A DNA stretch of 44,936 nt. Source: an uncultured Candidatus Saccharibacteria bacterium. GTDB taxonomy: Bacteria > Patescibacteriota > Minisyncoccia > Phycocordibacterales > Zambryskibacteraceae. The first letter of the stretch is position 1. Every line of letters starts with the position of its first letter. Under the pieces are notes generated by a model. It was not told the DNA's origin, made no database searches, and saw only the letters and a list, made by a program, of their open reading frames with translations. A program made the translations under genes and the position numbers. The DNA is taken from contig CAYGIH010000002.1 in assembly GCA_964349945.1 (NCBI GenBank), positions 1 to 44,936 on the forward strand, written 5' to 3'. Positions 44,877 through 44,936 of the stretch are shown piece by piece.

Positions 44877-44936
44877 AAAATTGAGATAACCCCTCTGAAA
44901 TGCTAGTAGGAAAAGTTTAGTGGCTAACGCTTATGC

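Overview
The window is a gene-dense, low-GC chromosomal segment, mostly transcribed on the minus strand. Its content resembles a reduced-genome bacterium of the Patescibacteria/CPR (possibly Parcubacteria-like) type. That lineage call is inference from shortened housekeeping genes, LTD/PKD and PG-binding surface proteins, an apparently unlinked 23S gene and rplK without an adjacent rplA.

Content from left to right:
- The 5' ~1.8 kb of a 23S rRNA gene (minus strand) with its own consensus promoter and no 16S upstream.
- A surface-protein cluster.
- ftsK, a small membrane ORF and recA; then efp; rpsR-ssb-rpsF; tatD-metG-permease; an M16 peptidase; glyQS; a large surface protein; recO-ileS-argS.
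- A compositionally foreign pyrimidine-deoxynucleotide module: thymidylate-synthase family, DHFR::HIT fusion, unknown-domain::dCMP deaminase, cytidylyltransferase-like and ParB/Srx-like genes.
- A HAD nucleotidase; secE-nusG-rplK; assorted membrane and small genes; murB.
- A restriction-modification/defence islet at the right edge: a 340-aa unknown, an Mrr N-terminal relic, two C5 DNA methyltransferases, an EcoRII-N/B3-like::HNH nuclease and a PD-(D/E)xK protein.

The most unusual observations:
1. A complete histidine-phosphatase (PGAM-like) domain nested inside IleRS.
2. The higher-GC, Shine-Dalgarno-bearing nucleotide-metabolism island, with two unusual domain fusions and an orphan ParB/Srx-fold gene.
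3. A contrast between SD-less or leaderless-looking native genes and SD-bearing high-GC inserts.
4. The defence islet.

I saw no CRISPR array, tRNA, transposase or integrase. All family assignments come from motif recognition by eye; no searches were run.
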